A DNA stretch of 64,000 nt. Origin: Bdellovibrionota bacterium. Its GTDB lineage: Bacteria > Bdellovibrionota_C > UBA2361 > JBGSMV01. The notes beneath the pieces were generated by a model, which saw nothing but the letters and a program-made list of their open reading frames with translations, was not told the DNA's origin and made no database searches. The DNA lies in assembly GCA_041739995.1 (NCBI GenBank), contig JBGSMV010000043.1, forward strand, positions 1-64,000, written 5' to 3'. Below are positions 47,747 through 58,040 of this stretch, piece by piece; the stretch's first letter is position 1, and the number at the start of each line of letters is the position of its first letter. The position numbers and the translations under genes are program-made.

Positions 47747-48243
47747 CGCTACTCAAGTAGAGTCGAACCGACTAAGCGCTCTGCAGTAGTGTCCCGAGTC
47801 AGAAGTGAATTGCATAATAGAAAACCTGGTGGCTCGGGCCACTAGGCATAGTTGTTTTGACTCCGGACTCCTGTCCTTCGTCAAACTCGCTCCAAGCTCC
47901 TTTCCCGCGACGAGCGGCGCCAAATCTAGTTCGCTTCGCGTACTTACGCTTTGCTCCAGTCCGCGGTCGGACATCCTGTCCTCTCCTATCACGGTCGTGA
48001 AAAGAGTTTTTAATGACCGTGATAGAAGGCTCAGAGCCGCAGCGTTCGGAGGATGCGGATCAACTCGTATCCAGGGTGAACCTGCGCGGTGATGCCCAAG
48101 AAGGGCCTCCCCCTTCCATCTATCGCATTTTCATGGGTGTTTCTGGCTGTTTGCCTCAAAAACGAGCCCCCGTTATACTTCGCTGGTTCTAGACCTCTAG
48201 GTCTAAATTTCATTAGCGAACGAGGAAATCGGGAAATACCTCC

Positions 48244-50310
48244 GTGAATGCAAAACCCCTCACCACTGCTTCAGGCGACACGTCGGCCATGAATGGAGCT
48301 GCTCCTCGCACCCTGATTAACTCACTCGACCTCCCCAAAGGGCTCCGTAAACTCTCCATAGCGCAACTTGAGCAGGTCAGCCAAGAACTACGGGACGAAC
48401 TAATCGACTGCATTTCAAACGCCGGTGGACATTTCGCCTCTAGTCTCGGCACCACAGAACTTTCCGTAGTCCTTCACCACCTTTTCGAGACTCCTAAAGA
48501 TCGTCTTATCTGGGACGTCGGACATCAGGGCTATATCCATAAGATGCTGACCGGCCGTCGCTCTCGGCTTAGCTCCATTCGAAAGCGTGGTGGAATTTCT
48601 GGATTCCTGAAACGTTCGGAATCCGAGTTCGACGTGTTTGGTGCCGGGCATGCCGGAACCAGCATCTCCGCAGCCGTTGGCATTAGCGCAGCTCTGCACG
48701 AACAAAAATCCGATGCATATACAGTTTCAGTTATTGGCGACGGATCCATGACTGCCGGTATGGCATTCGAGGCTCTGAATCATGCCGGGTCTCTCGGACT
48801 GAAACGATTTATCGTGGTTCTCAACGACAACGAAATGTCGATTTCACCCAATGTCGGCGCGCTTAGCTGGTTGTTTTCTACTGCGGTTACGTCGAAGACT
48901 TCGACCTTACTTCGCTCTCGCTTCAAGGATTTATTCAAGCAGGGCTACGTCCCGGAAGTTCTTTACAAGGCGATCGATCGCGCCGAAGAAGTTACCCAAG
49001 GGTTTTTCTCCAGTGCGTCGATGTTATTCGAAGCTTTTGGTTTTCGTTACATTGGTCCCGTTGATGGGCACAACGTGTCAGATCTTGTCACCGCGCTTGC
49101 TCGCGCAAAGGACCAGGACGTTCCTGTGCTGGTCCATGCCTATACCACCAAAGGCAAGGGTTACGAGCCCGCAGAACAAGACCCCATTACCTGGCACGGA
49201 GTGTCTCCTTTTGATCGCTCACGCGGTGAGTTCCACAGACCCTCCGCTCCTCCGGTAAAAAAAATCCCCTCCTACACCCAAGTCTTCTCGGACACGCTTA
49301 TCTCAATCGCCAAGGAACGATCCAATGTCGTTGCCATCACTGCGGCCATGGCGGGCGGCACTGGGCTTGATAAATTTCAAAAGGAACTTCCTCAACAGTT
49401 CTATGACGTCGGTATCTGCGAACAACACGCGGTAACTTTTGCGGCTGGGCTTGCATGTGAAGGACAGCGCCCCGTCTGCGCTATCTATTCAACCTTTCTG
49501 CAACGCGGCTACGATCAAGTAGTCCATGACGTGTGCATTCAAAGTCTGCCGGTGGTGTTTGCCATGGATCGTGGTGGTGTCGTAGGAAATGACGGAGAGA
49601 CGCATCAGGGCGTATTCGATATTGCTTTCCTCAGAACACTTCCCCACATCGTCTTAATGTCACCAAAAGATGAAAATGAGTTGCGACACATGCTCCACAC
49701 CGCAACCTTGACTGATGGACCTGTTGGGCTGCGCTACCCTCGCGGTAATGGCTGTGGTGTGGCGCTTGATGAAACATTACAAAAACTTCCGATAGGAAAA
49801 GCAGAAGTCATGTCGCGCGGGTCTGAGGTGCTCTTTTTGTGCTATGGCCCACTTACCTATCGCGGTCTTGAAGCCGCTGCGCGCCTTCATGAAGAATACG
49901 GAATTTCAGCAACCGTAATAAATGCGCGCTTCGCAAAGCCGTTGGACGAGGAGCTCTTTTCAGAAGAGATTCCTCGGCATCGACTTGTTTGCACCCTGGA
50001 AGATCATGCGATTCAAGGCGGATTCGGGAGCGCGGTGTTAGAATTCGCGAACGACGCTCACCTGATACTTGATCAGCCAATCTTGCGATTTGGCGTGCGA
50101 GACGCTTACGTCACGCATGCCAGCCAAGATGAGCAGCACACAATGAATGGCTACGACTGCGACACGATCGTACGTCTTGTAGGGCAAGCTCTCGGAGCTA
50201 CTGGAAGAGCTTCGGGTCCACTTTCAATCGCGGAAACCTCTTCCTCCGACAAACGCGAGAATTTGGAACACGCCCACCGGGACTCTCCGCCGCTTGCTAA
50301 AGCAGTTTAG
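48244..50310 (+). CDS. dxs: 1-deoxy-D-xylulose-5-phosphate synthase
   Basis: GGHFASSLG, WDVGHQGY, GAGHAGTSISAA, GDGSMTAG, LNDNEMSIS, IYSTFLQRGYDQ and DGETHQG motifs. The start may be ATG 48289. Confidence 0.97.
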   Translation: MNAKPLTTASGDTSAMNGAAPRTLINSLDLPKGLRKLSIAQLEQVSQELRDELIDCISNAGGHFASSLGTTELSVVLHHLFETPKDRLIWDVGHQGYIHKMLTGRRSRLSSIRKRGGISGFLKRSESEFDVFGAGHAGTSISAAVGISAALHEQKSDAYTVSVIGDGSMTAGMAFEALNHAGSLGLKRFIVVLNDNEMSISPNVGALSWLFSTAVTSKTSTLLRSRFKDLFKQGYVPEVLYKAIDRAEEVTQGFFSSASMLFEAFGFRYIGPVDGHNVSDLVTALARAKDQDVPVLVHAYTTKGKGYEPAEQDPITWHGVSPFDRSRGEFHRPSAPPVKKIPSYTQVFSDTLISIAKERSNVVAITAAMAGGTGLDKFQKELPQQFYDVGICEQHAVTFAAGLACEGQRPVCAIYSTFLQRGYDQVVHDVCIQSLPVVFAMDRGGVVGNDGETHQGVFDIAFLRTLPHIVLMSPKDENELRHMLHTATLTDGPVGLRYPRGNGCGVALDETLQKLPIGKAEVMSRGSEVLFLCYGPLTYRGLEAAARLHEEYGISATVINARFAKPLDEELFSEEIPRHRLVCTLEDHAIQGGFGSAVLEFANDAHLILDQPILRFGVRDAYVTHASQDEQHTMNGYDCDTIVRLVGQALGATGRASGPLSIAETSSSDKRENLEHAHRDSPPLAKAV

Positions 50311-50442
50311 TGGGCCTTACGTAATAATTCTCCCGAAAGCGTTCAACATTAGATATCTCTACGCGGTCGGATCTTGGGCTGGTAACAGTAGAGCGTGCTC
50401 GATCTCTCCGCCTCAACTCAATTCGCTCTTCGTCCAAGAAAA

Positions 50443-50916
50443 CTATTCTTCCTTTTTATTAATCTCAATCAGATGCTGACTTTGCTCAGTGTAGCTCGTG
50501 TGGCACTCATCAATCGTACGAGTCTTCTCCTCGCAGTATCGACGAAAACTTTCAAGCTCAGCCGAAGAGAAACCAACTCCACCGTTCCGTTTGTGTTCGT
50601 CGCTCTCTCGACGCAGTCTTCGCGCTAGTTCAGAGCGCGGAGCAAGCGGCGCCGTTATAATTTCCGAAGTTCCAATGTCCGTAGCTGCCTCGGAAGATGC
50701 CTCAGGAGATGCCATAGAAGGTTCCTGAGCAGTCGTCTCTGGACGCACCCGAATGACTCTCTTCGATTCTTCAACAGAGTTCTTGATAGTCCCCGTGCAA
50801 GGTAGATTCGTCCATTTGCCGTCACATTCGTGCAACTCTCCGTATGCAATGCTGGTCCCAAAAGCGGGAACAATCGTCAAAACGAAGAGCAACTTTCTTA
50901 CGCACTGAATTTTCAT
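50443..50916 (-). CDS. Secreted hypothetical protein with a DUF4124-like N-terminus
   Basis: AGGAGG Shine-Dalgarno; signal peptide; LHECDGKWTNLPC motif. Confidence 0.7.
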   Translation of the reverse strand: MKIQCVRKLLFVLTIVPAFGTSIAYGELHECDGKWTNLPCTGTIKNSVEESKRVIRVRPETTAQEPSMASPEASSEAATDIGTSEIITAPLAPRSELARRLRRESDEHKRNGGVGFSSAELESFRRYCEEKTRTIDECHTSYTEQSQHLIEINKKEE

Positions 50917-51228
50917 TGCACGCCTCCTATCCAAATTCCCTAGCTGATCCGCTGTAACCCACAGCGCTCTGCCAATGGTACTTATATCGAGCTGCACGAA
51001 CCAGACAATCTTATGACCCTGAAGCCCAGGCGTTCAGAATTGGGATCGCGGTTTTAGTAGAGCCTTTGAGATTCTTCGTGCTCAAGTTTCGCCTACTGGG
51101 ATATAACCTTCAGGCTTAGCGTTGACGAACTTTTACACATTCTGTCCCGGTGGCTTAAGCAGCTGGCTGTCATTAGCGGTAAAACCACAACCGCGTGCCA
51201 GATGCGGTTAGGGAACAAGAGAGGATCT

Positions 51229-51555
51229 ATGGATGCGCGTACACTAAGGCGAAACTTCGTTATCAGCCTATTCATCGGCTTGCGAGTCTTATGGCCCATC
51301 TTGTCGGGCCTGCTGATGCTTATGGCCGCGCTCGGCAGTGTCATCGGTTGGCTTGAAGGTTGGAGAGTTTCAGAGGCGATCTATTTTACCCTAGTAACCA
51401 GCTTGACGGTTGGCTACGGCGATCTTGTTCCATCCATGTTGAGCACACGCTTGCTCGCCATTCTCATTGGGATCTGTGGAGTAATATTTTCTGCACTTTT
51501 AGCAGCAGTTGCTGTTAAGGCGTTCGTAGTAAACAAACCGGGAGGTGAATCGTGA
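51229..51555 (+). CDS. Minimal 2-TM potassium channel family protein
   Basis: Pore helix plus TVGYGD selectivity filter between two TM helices. Confidence 0.92.
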   Translation: MDARTLRRNFVISLFIGLRVLWPILSGLLMLMAALGSVIGWLEGWRVSEAIYFTLVTSLTVGYGDLVPSMLSTRLLAILIGICGVIFSALLAAVAVKAFVVNKPGGES

Positions 51556-51863
51556 AGCACTCCAGGGTATCACTTACAAGTCGGCTGGGTGTTTAGTATT
51601 CAAACGACCGCTCACAATCAAATGGCACCTTCTGGCGACGAAGTCATAGCGCTTGGGTGGATGCATAATAGGTCCGTAAATCCTGGTGCGGGTTACGTGC
51701 ATTCTTCGGCAGACTCTTTGCGACCTTTTCCTACCTAGATCCCAGACCAGAGACGGGCTCCCACGCACCTCATCCTGCGGCGAGCCTGTTGAACGATAGG
51801 ACAGTGTCGAAAAAAAGGGCAGTACGGCGTGGAAATTTCGCTGCCATTCTAGGTAGTTAGCAA

Positions 51864-51879
51864 TGGCGTGGTGCTTGCA
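51864..51879 (+). promoter_or_regulatory. Possible sigma-54 promoter
   Basis: TGGCGTG-GTGC-TTGCA (GG-N10-GC), about 95 bp upstream of ATG 51974. Confidence 0.45.
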
Positions 51880-51973
51880 ATGAACAATTATCGGGGTGGC
51901 ATGGAGCAATTTCGTAGTTGCTATGGATTATTCTCAGAGCACCGCGCTGACTGTTGTTTAAGGTGTGTAGCGT

Positions 51974-52426
51974 ATGTCTTCTAAAGATACTGGCACTTTC
52001 TCTCTCGGACTACGAAGCTTACAGCTTCTAGTTGATAGTCTATTCGACGGCTGCGGCGGAGCTGATGCTCTTCAGTTGCTGGATCAGCTCGGCGATTTAA
52101 ACCAGAAGGAACAACGATCGACTCTGGCACTCTTCTCGAAAGTGCTCTCACGACTAGTTGAGCACGGCGAACGGCTCAGTGACAAAGATGAGTCCGGCCT
52201 GCAAGATTTCGAAGAAGCACTTTACAAAGAACTTCTAAGCTCAATGCGAGAAGCTGAGCAGATTGATTCTGATACTGCTTCCAATATCGAAAATTCTGAT
52301 ATCTCTGGTTCTCGTCGTCCGATCCGCCGACTCAAATTAGTTGGCGCTAAAACAGACGTGCCTGCCGAGATCCTCCCGCTGGACCTTGACGCAGCAAGAC
52401 GCCGTCGCGTAGCGCGCATTAACTAG
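51974..52426 (+). CDS. Hypothetical cytoplasmic helical protein
   Basis: 150-aa ORF filling an intergenic gap, AAGGTG upstream, natural-looking composition. Confidence 0.7.
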   Translation: MSSKDTGTFSLGLRSLQLLVDSLFDGCGGADALQLLDQLGDLNQKEQRSTLALFSKVLSRLVEHGERLSDKDESGLQDFEEALYKELLSSMREAEQIDSDTASNIENSDISGSRRPIRRLKLVGAKTDVPAEILPLDLDAARRRRVARIN

Positions 52427-52452
52427 AGCTCTATCCAATTCTGAGAAAAGAA

Positions 52453-52683
52453 CTACTTCGGTGGGTGCTGAAGCTGGGTGAAATCCCCTCGCGCATCGAA
52501 TATTTCACGAGCAATCGCATCCTCAGGTCGAGCAGTCAGGCCTTCAAGCCCTTGAGTATTGACGACATGCCTTGCCAGCAATTGCGCATCGCTTGGGCGC
52601 TTCGCATCCGAATGACCCACGAGCTCCTGCTTTCGTGGCGACCAGATGCCATCTAGAGGCGCATTCTGTGAAAAGGAAGGCAT
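52453..52683 (-). CDS. Possible small hypothetical protein
   Basis: 76-aa ORF in a gap, co-oriented with the upstream genes; no recognisable motif. Confidence 0.35.
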   Translation of the reverse strand: MPSFSQNAPLDGIWSPRKQELVGHSDAKRPSDAQLLARHVVNTQGLEGLTARPEDAIAREIFDARGDFTQLQHPPK

Positions 52684-52731
52684 GGGGAGAGTATGCAAAA
52701 GGTCGCGATAGATGGCAAACGAAACTCAATG

Positions 52732-54417
52732 CTAAGCAGCGATATCACGGCAATGCGCACTCCAAAGATCTTGTTCGATTGAAGGTGCCATTACTTTCGT
52801 TTCAATCGCAGAAGAGCTTGGTAAGCGGTGGGATTGAAGAATTTCCCAACCTTGCGTTTTGAATATGCTTTCGAAGTCGGGGAAATCTGCTAGGCCCGAA
52901 CCACTCGTCACGTTTCGAATCAGTATGTAGTCAGGGCTCACCCACTCCAATGATTCCAGGTGCTGCGGATGTGTTGTATCAACCGCCGCGAGCGACCGCA
53001 GAAATGTTTCTTCCGGATAAACCTCTTCGTAGCGCCCATCAATCGCCACTTTGAACGAGCCGCGCAGCGCCCAAAGCACATAGCTCGCTTCGTTGAAGTG
53101 CACGAGAATATTTCCACCCTGACGATTGGCGCATAGCCAAGACACCGCTTCAGCAGGGTAACTGCGGTAGTCGAACGCAAAGGGTTTAGTGCTCGATCGA
53201 ATTGAAGTCGCCACCTCGACCGACAGAGATCCTAAAGCTACGAGAACAAGCAGCACAAAAGCTCCGCTCGCCGCATCTCGAAACTTTACGAACTGCACGC
53301 GCCAAGCTTTTAAAACTCCGCCCAAAGCTGAATGCACGAGCGGTAGCGCAAGTCCAGCAGCAATGATTGCGAATATAGGCATCAAACGACTGTTCGAGAA
53401 GCTCTGCCAAAGGGCAAGAAACAAGAGTGCGGAATCTTCAAAGCGTAACAGCCGAGGAGCTCGATAGATGCCCACAATGAATACGAGTCCCAGAATGCCG
53501 CCGATCCACCATCGCATGGAAAAAAGTGGCAATGGCCCCCACTCAGTAATCAGAGGGCGGGAATGCAAGGCCGCATCAATCATGAATTGAACGTAAGAAA
53601 CACCCCACGGATTTATCAGAACTGCGGCGATACAGCCTAAAAGGCTCAAAATTGCTACACCGCAGAGTCTATCCCGTCGCAACAAACACCCCATCAAGAA
53701 TATCGCACTCTGCGCGAGACCAACTACGAATCCTCCGTGAGAGTTCACCCAAAAAATCATCATGAGGGGAAGCAACAGCGGCAGCAGGCTTCGCCTATTC
53801 TCTGTTGCACTCACTGAACGCGTCCGTGCAAAGACGAACATCCAAAATGCCACGCCCAACATGGTGGCCATCTGGCAACGAACATTAGGAAGAAACCCAT
53901 TAAGGATCTCTGGAAGCATCACGAGCAGCCACACAAATCCTGCTACTAGAGTGTATTGTCGCTGATGGTCCGCACTTGCGGCTCCTCGTGCTCGCGCTTC
54001 GGCAGACACGGCGCTCTGCGTACGAATAATCAAGAAGATTGAAAGCGCGAACATGCCGACTTTTAGGAGAAAGAGTGCGGCATCACCTCCTAAGCTTGCC
54101 AGAAAATAAAACAGTACGCTGATCAACCACTCGTGATCATGCCATACCGCTTTGATCGGAGTGAACGCGAACTGATCAGACACCGGCATGGTTCCAACTT
54201 GTTGGATCAACTCGCCGGTCGCAACCCGAGCAAACAGGTCAGGATCTGCCGAGCGAAACCAAGGAAAGGCGCCAATAAGCAGCAGTGTGGCGACACCTAC
54301 CATCAGGTAATCTGCATGAACGCCAGAGAGCTTTCTTACAAGCCAAGCAGAGAGCGCACTAGGGAAACCGGTGGCACGTGTCTCTTTCACGTTCCTCTCA
54401 TGGGTTAAGACCCACAT
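52732..54417 (-). CDS. Polytopic membrane protein, GT-C-like glycosyltransferase candidate
   Basis: Acidic DPDL motif after TM1; HEWL, WVNSHGGF, INPWG, ITEWGP and IDGRYE motifs; many TMs plus a C-terminal soluble domain. Start uncertain. Confidence 0.65.
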   Translation of the reverse strand: MWVLTHERNVKETRATGFPSALSAWLVRKLSGVHADYLMVGVATLLLIGAFPWFRSADPDLFARVATGELIQQVGTMPVSDQFAFTPIKAVWHDHEWLISVLFYFLASLGGDAALFLLKVGMFALSIFLIIRTQSAVSAEARARGAASADHQRQYTLVAGFVWLLVMLPEILNGFLPNVRCQMATMLGVAFWMFVFARTRSVSATENRRSLLPLLLPLMMIFWVNSHGGFVVGLAQSAIFLMGCLLRRDRLCGVAILSLLGCIAAVLINPWGVSYVQFMIDAALHSRPLITEWGPLPLFSMRWWIGGILGLVFIVGIYRAPRLLRFEDSALLFLALWQSFSNSRLMPIFAIIAAGLALPLVHSALGGVLKAWRVQFVKFRDAASGAFVLLVLVALGSLSVEVATSIRSSTKPFAFDYRSYPAEAVSWLCANRQGGNILVHFNEASYVLWALRGSFKVAIDGRYEEVYPEETFLRSLAAVDTTHPQHLESLEWVSPDYILIRNVTSGSGLADFPDFESIFKTQGWEILQSHRLPSSSAIETKVMAPSIEQDLWSAHCRDIAA

Positions 54418-55252
54418 TATCTATCAGGCGTACACCTGAGACTTGTGCCGCGACCAAAATCCTCGCGGGAACGTTCACGACTTCGAGCGGTTCAAGTGTG
54501 GATTCGGCGGCACAACCAACATATTCGACTTCTATGAGCGGGCTGCGTTTTAGCTCAGCTGCAACAAGTCCACAGAGACTTGCGCAGTCACGCGCACCCT
54601 CCTTAAAGCGTTTGTTTGCCGAAACCAATCCGCGCGAGATCAGAAGGCTGGCCTCTCGAGCTTCCGGGCTCAGTCTTACGTTTCTCGAACTCATCGCAAG
54701 GCCGTCAGGTTCTCGAACGAGAGCTCCGCGAACAATTTCGACCGGCATCTTCAAGTCGTCAACCATGCGCTCGATGACTCGTAGTTGCTGGAAGTCTTTC
54801 TCCCCGAATATTGCGAAGTCGGGTTGTACAAGATTTAAAAGGATTGAGACGACCGTGGTGACGCCTCGAAAGTGCCCTGGACGCATTGCGCCTTCCCAAA
54901 GTTGAGTCAACTGCTCGACCGTGACCCAACTCTGAAACGCCTGCGAATCCCCATAGATGTCAGATACAGTAGGAAGAAAAAGTGCTGCCGCCCCACACTC
55001 AGAGAGCAGCTTTAAATCTCGAGCAAGATCTATCGGATACTTCTTGAAGTCTTCAGGATTATTGAACTGTGTGGGATTTACGAAGATTGAAACAATCGAT
55101 GCAGCACCGCGCTCATGGACCTCGCGAACGAGGCTTAGGTGGCCTTCGTGCAAGAATCCCATCGTCGGAACAAATCCGACTGTCCGACCGCTCGCTCGCA
55201 GGCCACGCACATACTGCCTAAGCTCTAAAGTCGACTGAATCTGTATTGTCAT
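54398..55252 (-). CDS. panC: Pantoate--beta-alanine ligase
   Basis: FVPTMGFLHEGHLSL, SIFVNPTQF, RPGHFRGV, FGEKDFQQ, DGLAMSSRN and RLIDN motifs. Confidence 0.97.
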   Translation of the reverse strand: MTIQIQSTLELRQYVRGLRASGRTVGFVPTMGFLHEGHLSLVREVHERGAASIVSIFVNPTQFNNPEDFKKYPIDLARDLKLLSECGAAALFLPTVSDIYGDSQAFQSWVTVEQLTQLWEGAMRPGHFRGVTTVVSILLNLVQPDFAIFGEKDFQQLRVIERMVDDLKMPVEIVRGALVREPDGLAMSSRNVRLSPEAREASLLISRGLVSANKRFKEGARDCASLCGLVAAELKRSPLIEVEYVGCAAESTLEPLEVVNVPARILVAAQVSGVRLIDNVGLNP

Positions 55253-55563
55253 CACCACGACCTCTTTCGCTTTGGCCACTAAGATTCGCCGCAGAGTGCC
55301 TCGATGCTCGGCACAAGACCAGCACCCGCAAATTCCTCGTACCCGATGGGGATACCGATGCTTCTCCCTCCCTAAACTGATCGCACGGCACTATAAGAAC
55401 GTCCACTACCGACTGTAGCAACGGTCGGGGGAGCGCTATGAGCCATTCCCCTCATCTCGCGATGACAATTGTTCTCGTGCTCATGGCTCCCAAGAGTGTA
55501 ATCCCGGAGAAAGTAGGGAGGTCAGCAGTTGCCTCCTGATCGGGGTTGGACTAGGAAGGCTAT

Positions 55564-56835
55564 ATGCCTACCCCGAATGGTCACCCCATGGTTCTACCCA
55601 GAAGTCGCGCCTCCTGCAGGAAGCTAGTGAACGGCGGAGGACGAACTGCTCAATTCAAGCTGTCGGCCATTATATGCGTCGCGCTACTAGTAGGGTGTTC
55701 TTCCTCTGATAAAGTATCTCCAGAGCTAGAACCTCCTCAAGAACTCACTTTGGGGTCCAAGGCGGCTGTCGAGACGCCAGAGGCTGAACTGTTACGGGAA
55801 GCGCAACGCTACTTTGATTCCGGAGTATATAGCGTTGCCAAAGATGTCTTCGAGCGTCTGCGCGATGGGTACCCGCTTGGGGCCTACGCCGAATTTGCCG
55901 CGATTAAAGTCGCTGATTGTGAATTCGAATCCTCTAACTTTCCTATCGCAGCCGCGCTCTATGAAGAGTTCTTAAAAAATCGTCCCGCCTCCCGTTCCAC
56001 TCCCTATGTGCTTCTGCGAGCAGCCAGGAGCAACCAACTGGCCAATCAGGGGATAGGTCGCGATGACACCAGCCTCCGGCGTGCTCGTGATTTATACTTA
56101 GAATTGTTGGATAAGTATCCTAACTCACCATTTGCAGAGGGGGCGCGTACGCTTTTGCAACAGGCTGAGCTGACGCTTTCTGAGAATTACGTCCTCATTA
56201 TTGAGTTCTACCGCAAGCAGGGTAAAGATCCTGCGGTCCTCGCGCGCGAGGAAAAATTTCGTGAACACTTTGGTGCTGAAGCAATATTGCGTGAGACTGG
56301 TGAACCGCCCAGCGCGCCTCGTGAGATGGTGGCCGAGGCACCGGTGGGAACACCGGTGTTGATCGAGCAATCAGTGCTCGCCGCGATCCCCGAATCCGGG
56401 GAAGACGGCTCTGATAACTCGAGCGATCGCATGGCGAGAGCTTTTGGCACGAATGACTCCGATGCCTCCATCCACTCAATTGCGGGAGCACATGCTGCCC
56501 GGCGCGCTCGCGCAAGCCTTCCCGTTGTCCGCCTGGTGGAATGTGATCGTGCGCGCGGCTTTATTTTCCTTCACCTGAGTACCGACATCCCTTACCCAGG
56601 ATCAGTAGAAGCGCTTGGCCCCTTGGTAGCCTCTGACGGCGTGTTCTCCCTTCGTATTGAAGGAGTTTCAACGCCCGGCAAAGATCAGCTCGAACGTGAT
56701 TGCTTCGGAAGCGGCGACGTCACGATCTCTCCCGATGGCAACGTAGCCATTCACTCCTCGAGACCCACTGGGGCAACTGCTCAGGTGCTCGAGCTGACCA
56801 GTCCAAGCCGAATTCTGGTGGCAATCGACGGATAA
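55564..56835 (+). CDS. bamD: BamD-like TPR lipoprotein with a C-terminal extension
   Basis: Lipobox LLVGC; TPRs (YPLGAYAEFAAIKVAD, YEEFLKNRP, KYPNSPFA, EFY); about 180 extra aa. Confidence 0.75.
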   Translation: MPTPNGHPMVLPRSRASCRKLVNGGGRTAQFKLSAIICVALLVGCSSSDKVSPELEPPQELTLGSKAAVETPEAELLREAQRYFDSGVYSVAKDVFERLRDGYPLGAYAEFAAIKVADCEFESSNFPIAAALYEEFLKNRPASRSTPYVLLRAARSNQLANQGIGRDDTSLRRARDLYLELLDKYPNSPFAEGARTLLQQAELTLSENYVLIIEFYRKQGKDPAVLAREEKFREHFGAEAILRETGEPPSAPREMVAEAPVGTPVLIEQSVLAAIPESGEDGSDNSSDRMARAFGTNDSDASIHSIAGAHAARRARASLPVVRLVECDRARGFIFLHLSTDIPYPGSVEALGPLVASDGVFSLRIEGVSTPGKDQLERDCFGSGDVTISPDGNVAIHSSRPTGATAQVLELTSPSRILVAIDG

Positions 56836-57075
56836 ATCGGCCTAAAGCGCGAGTAGATCCACGCTGCCACGCTGAGCTGCCAAGGAAGTTCACGTCTCGA
56901 CCAAGGCCAATCGCCTCAAAACTTAGGGATTGCGCTTCTACATGGCTAGCTTAAACTGATGTTTGATTTTGAGATTCGTCCATTGCGCTATGCTCTCTGA
57001 CCGGATCTAATTACCTATGTACGTTCGGGATTTCGGCTGAGCTTACTTTCCAGTGATATCTTAATTTGAACGATC

Positions 57076-57987
57076 ATGATTTCCACCTTCTCGCTCAACC
57101 GCTTTGAATCAATGAACTTTCAACGGTTTCTGCGCCGAAAGATCGTCGCTCAAGCGGTGTTCGTCGGTAGAATCATTCTCATTCTGTGTTCGATTGGACT
57201 CCTTGGCTATTTCGCTTACGACATTTGGGAGGTCAACAACGCCTTCGAGAACCAAGTCTCCACCTTTCATCAACGCCTCTCAGATTCGTCGACCTCTCCT
57301 ACTCAGAAAAAACCTAAGACTGCACCTAATTATGGGGTGATCGCTCAACGCGCCGTCTTCGGCGCACTTGGGCAGGCCGCTATTAAGTCCCCAACATCTG
57401 CGCCAAAAGCCTCGTCCAACTCCAAGTTCGCCTTGGTCGGGACCTTTGTAGGCTCCTCACAAGTCGAATATGCGATCATCGAAGAGCCCAAAAAGAAGGA
57501 TCAAGAGATCTTTTTGCTTAACGATAGCGTCTTTGGTGAAGCTCAACTTACTGGTATCTTCTCGGATCGAGTAGAGATTCGGCGAGACGGCCAAGTTGAA
57601 ATATTAACCCTAGACTCTGCCCCGGACACCAGCGCTCCGATAGAAGGCGGCGTGGCGCAGCTTGACGGAGACGAGTACACGGTCGAAGAAGCGGAGCTTG
57701 ATAAGGCGCTTGAGAACCTTCCTCTGTTGCTCACTCAGGCTCGAGCGGTACCATTCTTTAAGGAAGGACGAGCAGTGGGACTGCGGTTGTTTGCAATTCG
57801 GTCGGGAAGCCTGTTTGAAAAGATTGGGCTTCAAAATGGAGACGTATTGAAATCAGTGAATGGAAATAGTCTCGCAGATCTTTCCCAAGCAATGCAGCTC
57901 TTCCAGAAACTGAAAGAAGAACGATCGATTTCAGTGCTCCTTGAGCGAAATGCCGCGGAGAGGCAGTTTCGCTATGAAATTCGATAG
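57076..57987 (+). CDS. gspC: Type II secretion protein C with a PDZ domain
   Basis: TM; HR domain (LVGT...AIIE); PDZ (GLRLFAIRSGSLFEKIGLQNGDVLKSVNG); first gene of gspCDEF. Confidence 0.92.
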   Translation: MISTFSLNRFESMNFQRFLRRKIVAQAVFVGRIILILCSIGLLGYFAYDIWEVNNAFENQVSTFHQRLSDSSTSPTQKKPKTAPNYGVIAQRAVFGALGQAAIKSPTSAPKASSNSKFALVGTFVGSSQVEYAIIEEPKKKDQEIFLLNDSVFGEAQLTGIFSDRVEIRRDGQVEILTLDSAPDTSAPIEGGVAQLDGDEYTVEEAELDKALENLPLLLTQARAVPFFKEGRAVGLRLFAIRSGSLFEKIGLQNGDVLKSVNGNSLADLSQAMQLFQKLKEERSISVLLERNAAERQFRYEIR

Positions 57988-58040
57988 GTCACACGTAAAA
58001 ACGAGCGGCAGTCTATTTGTTTTGTTTGAGTCCTGAAGAA

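Noticed and set aside
55500..55560. SRP RNA candidate
   Set aside because: Lacks the conserved CAGG-GRAA-AGCAG helix-8 motif.
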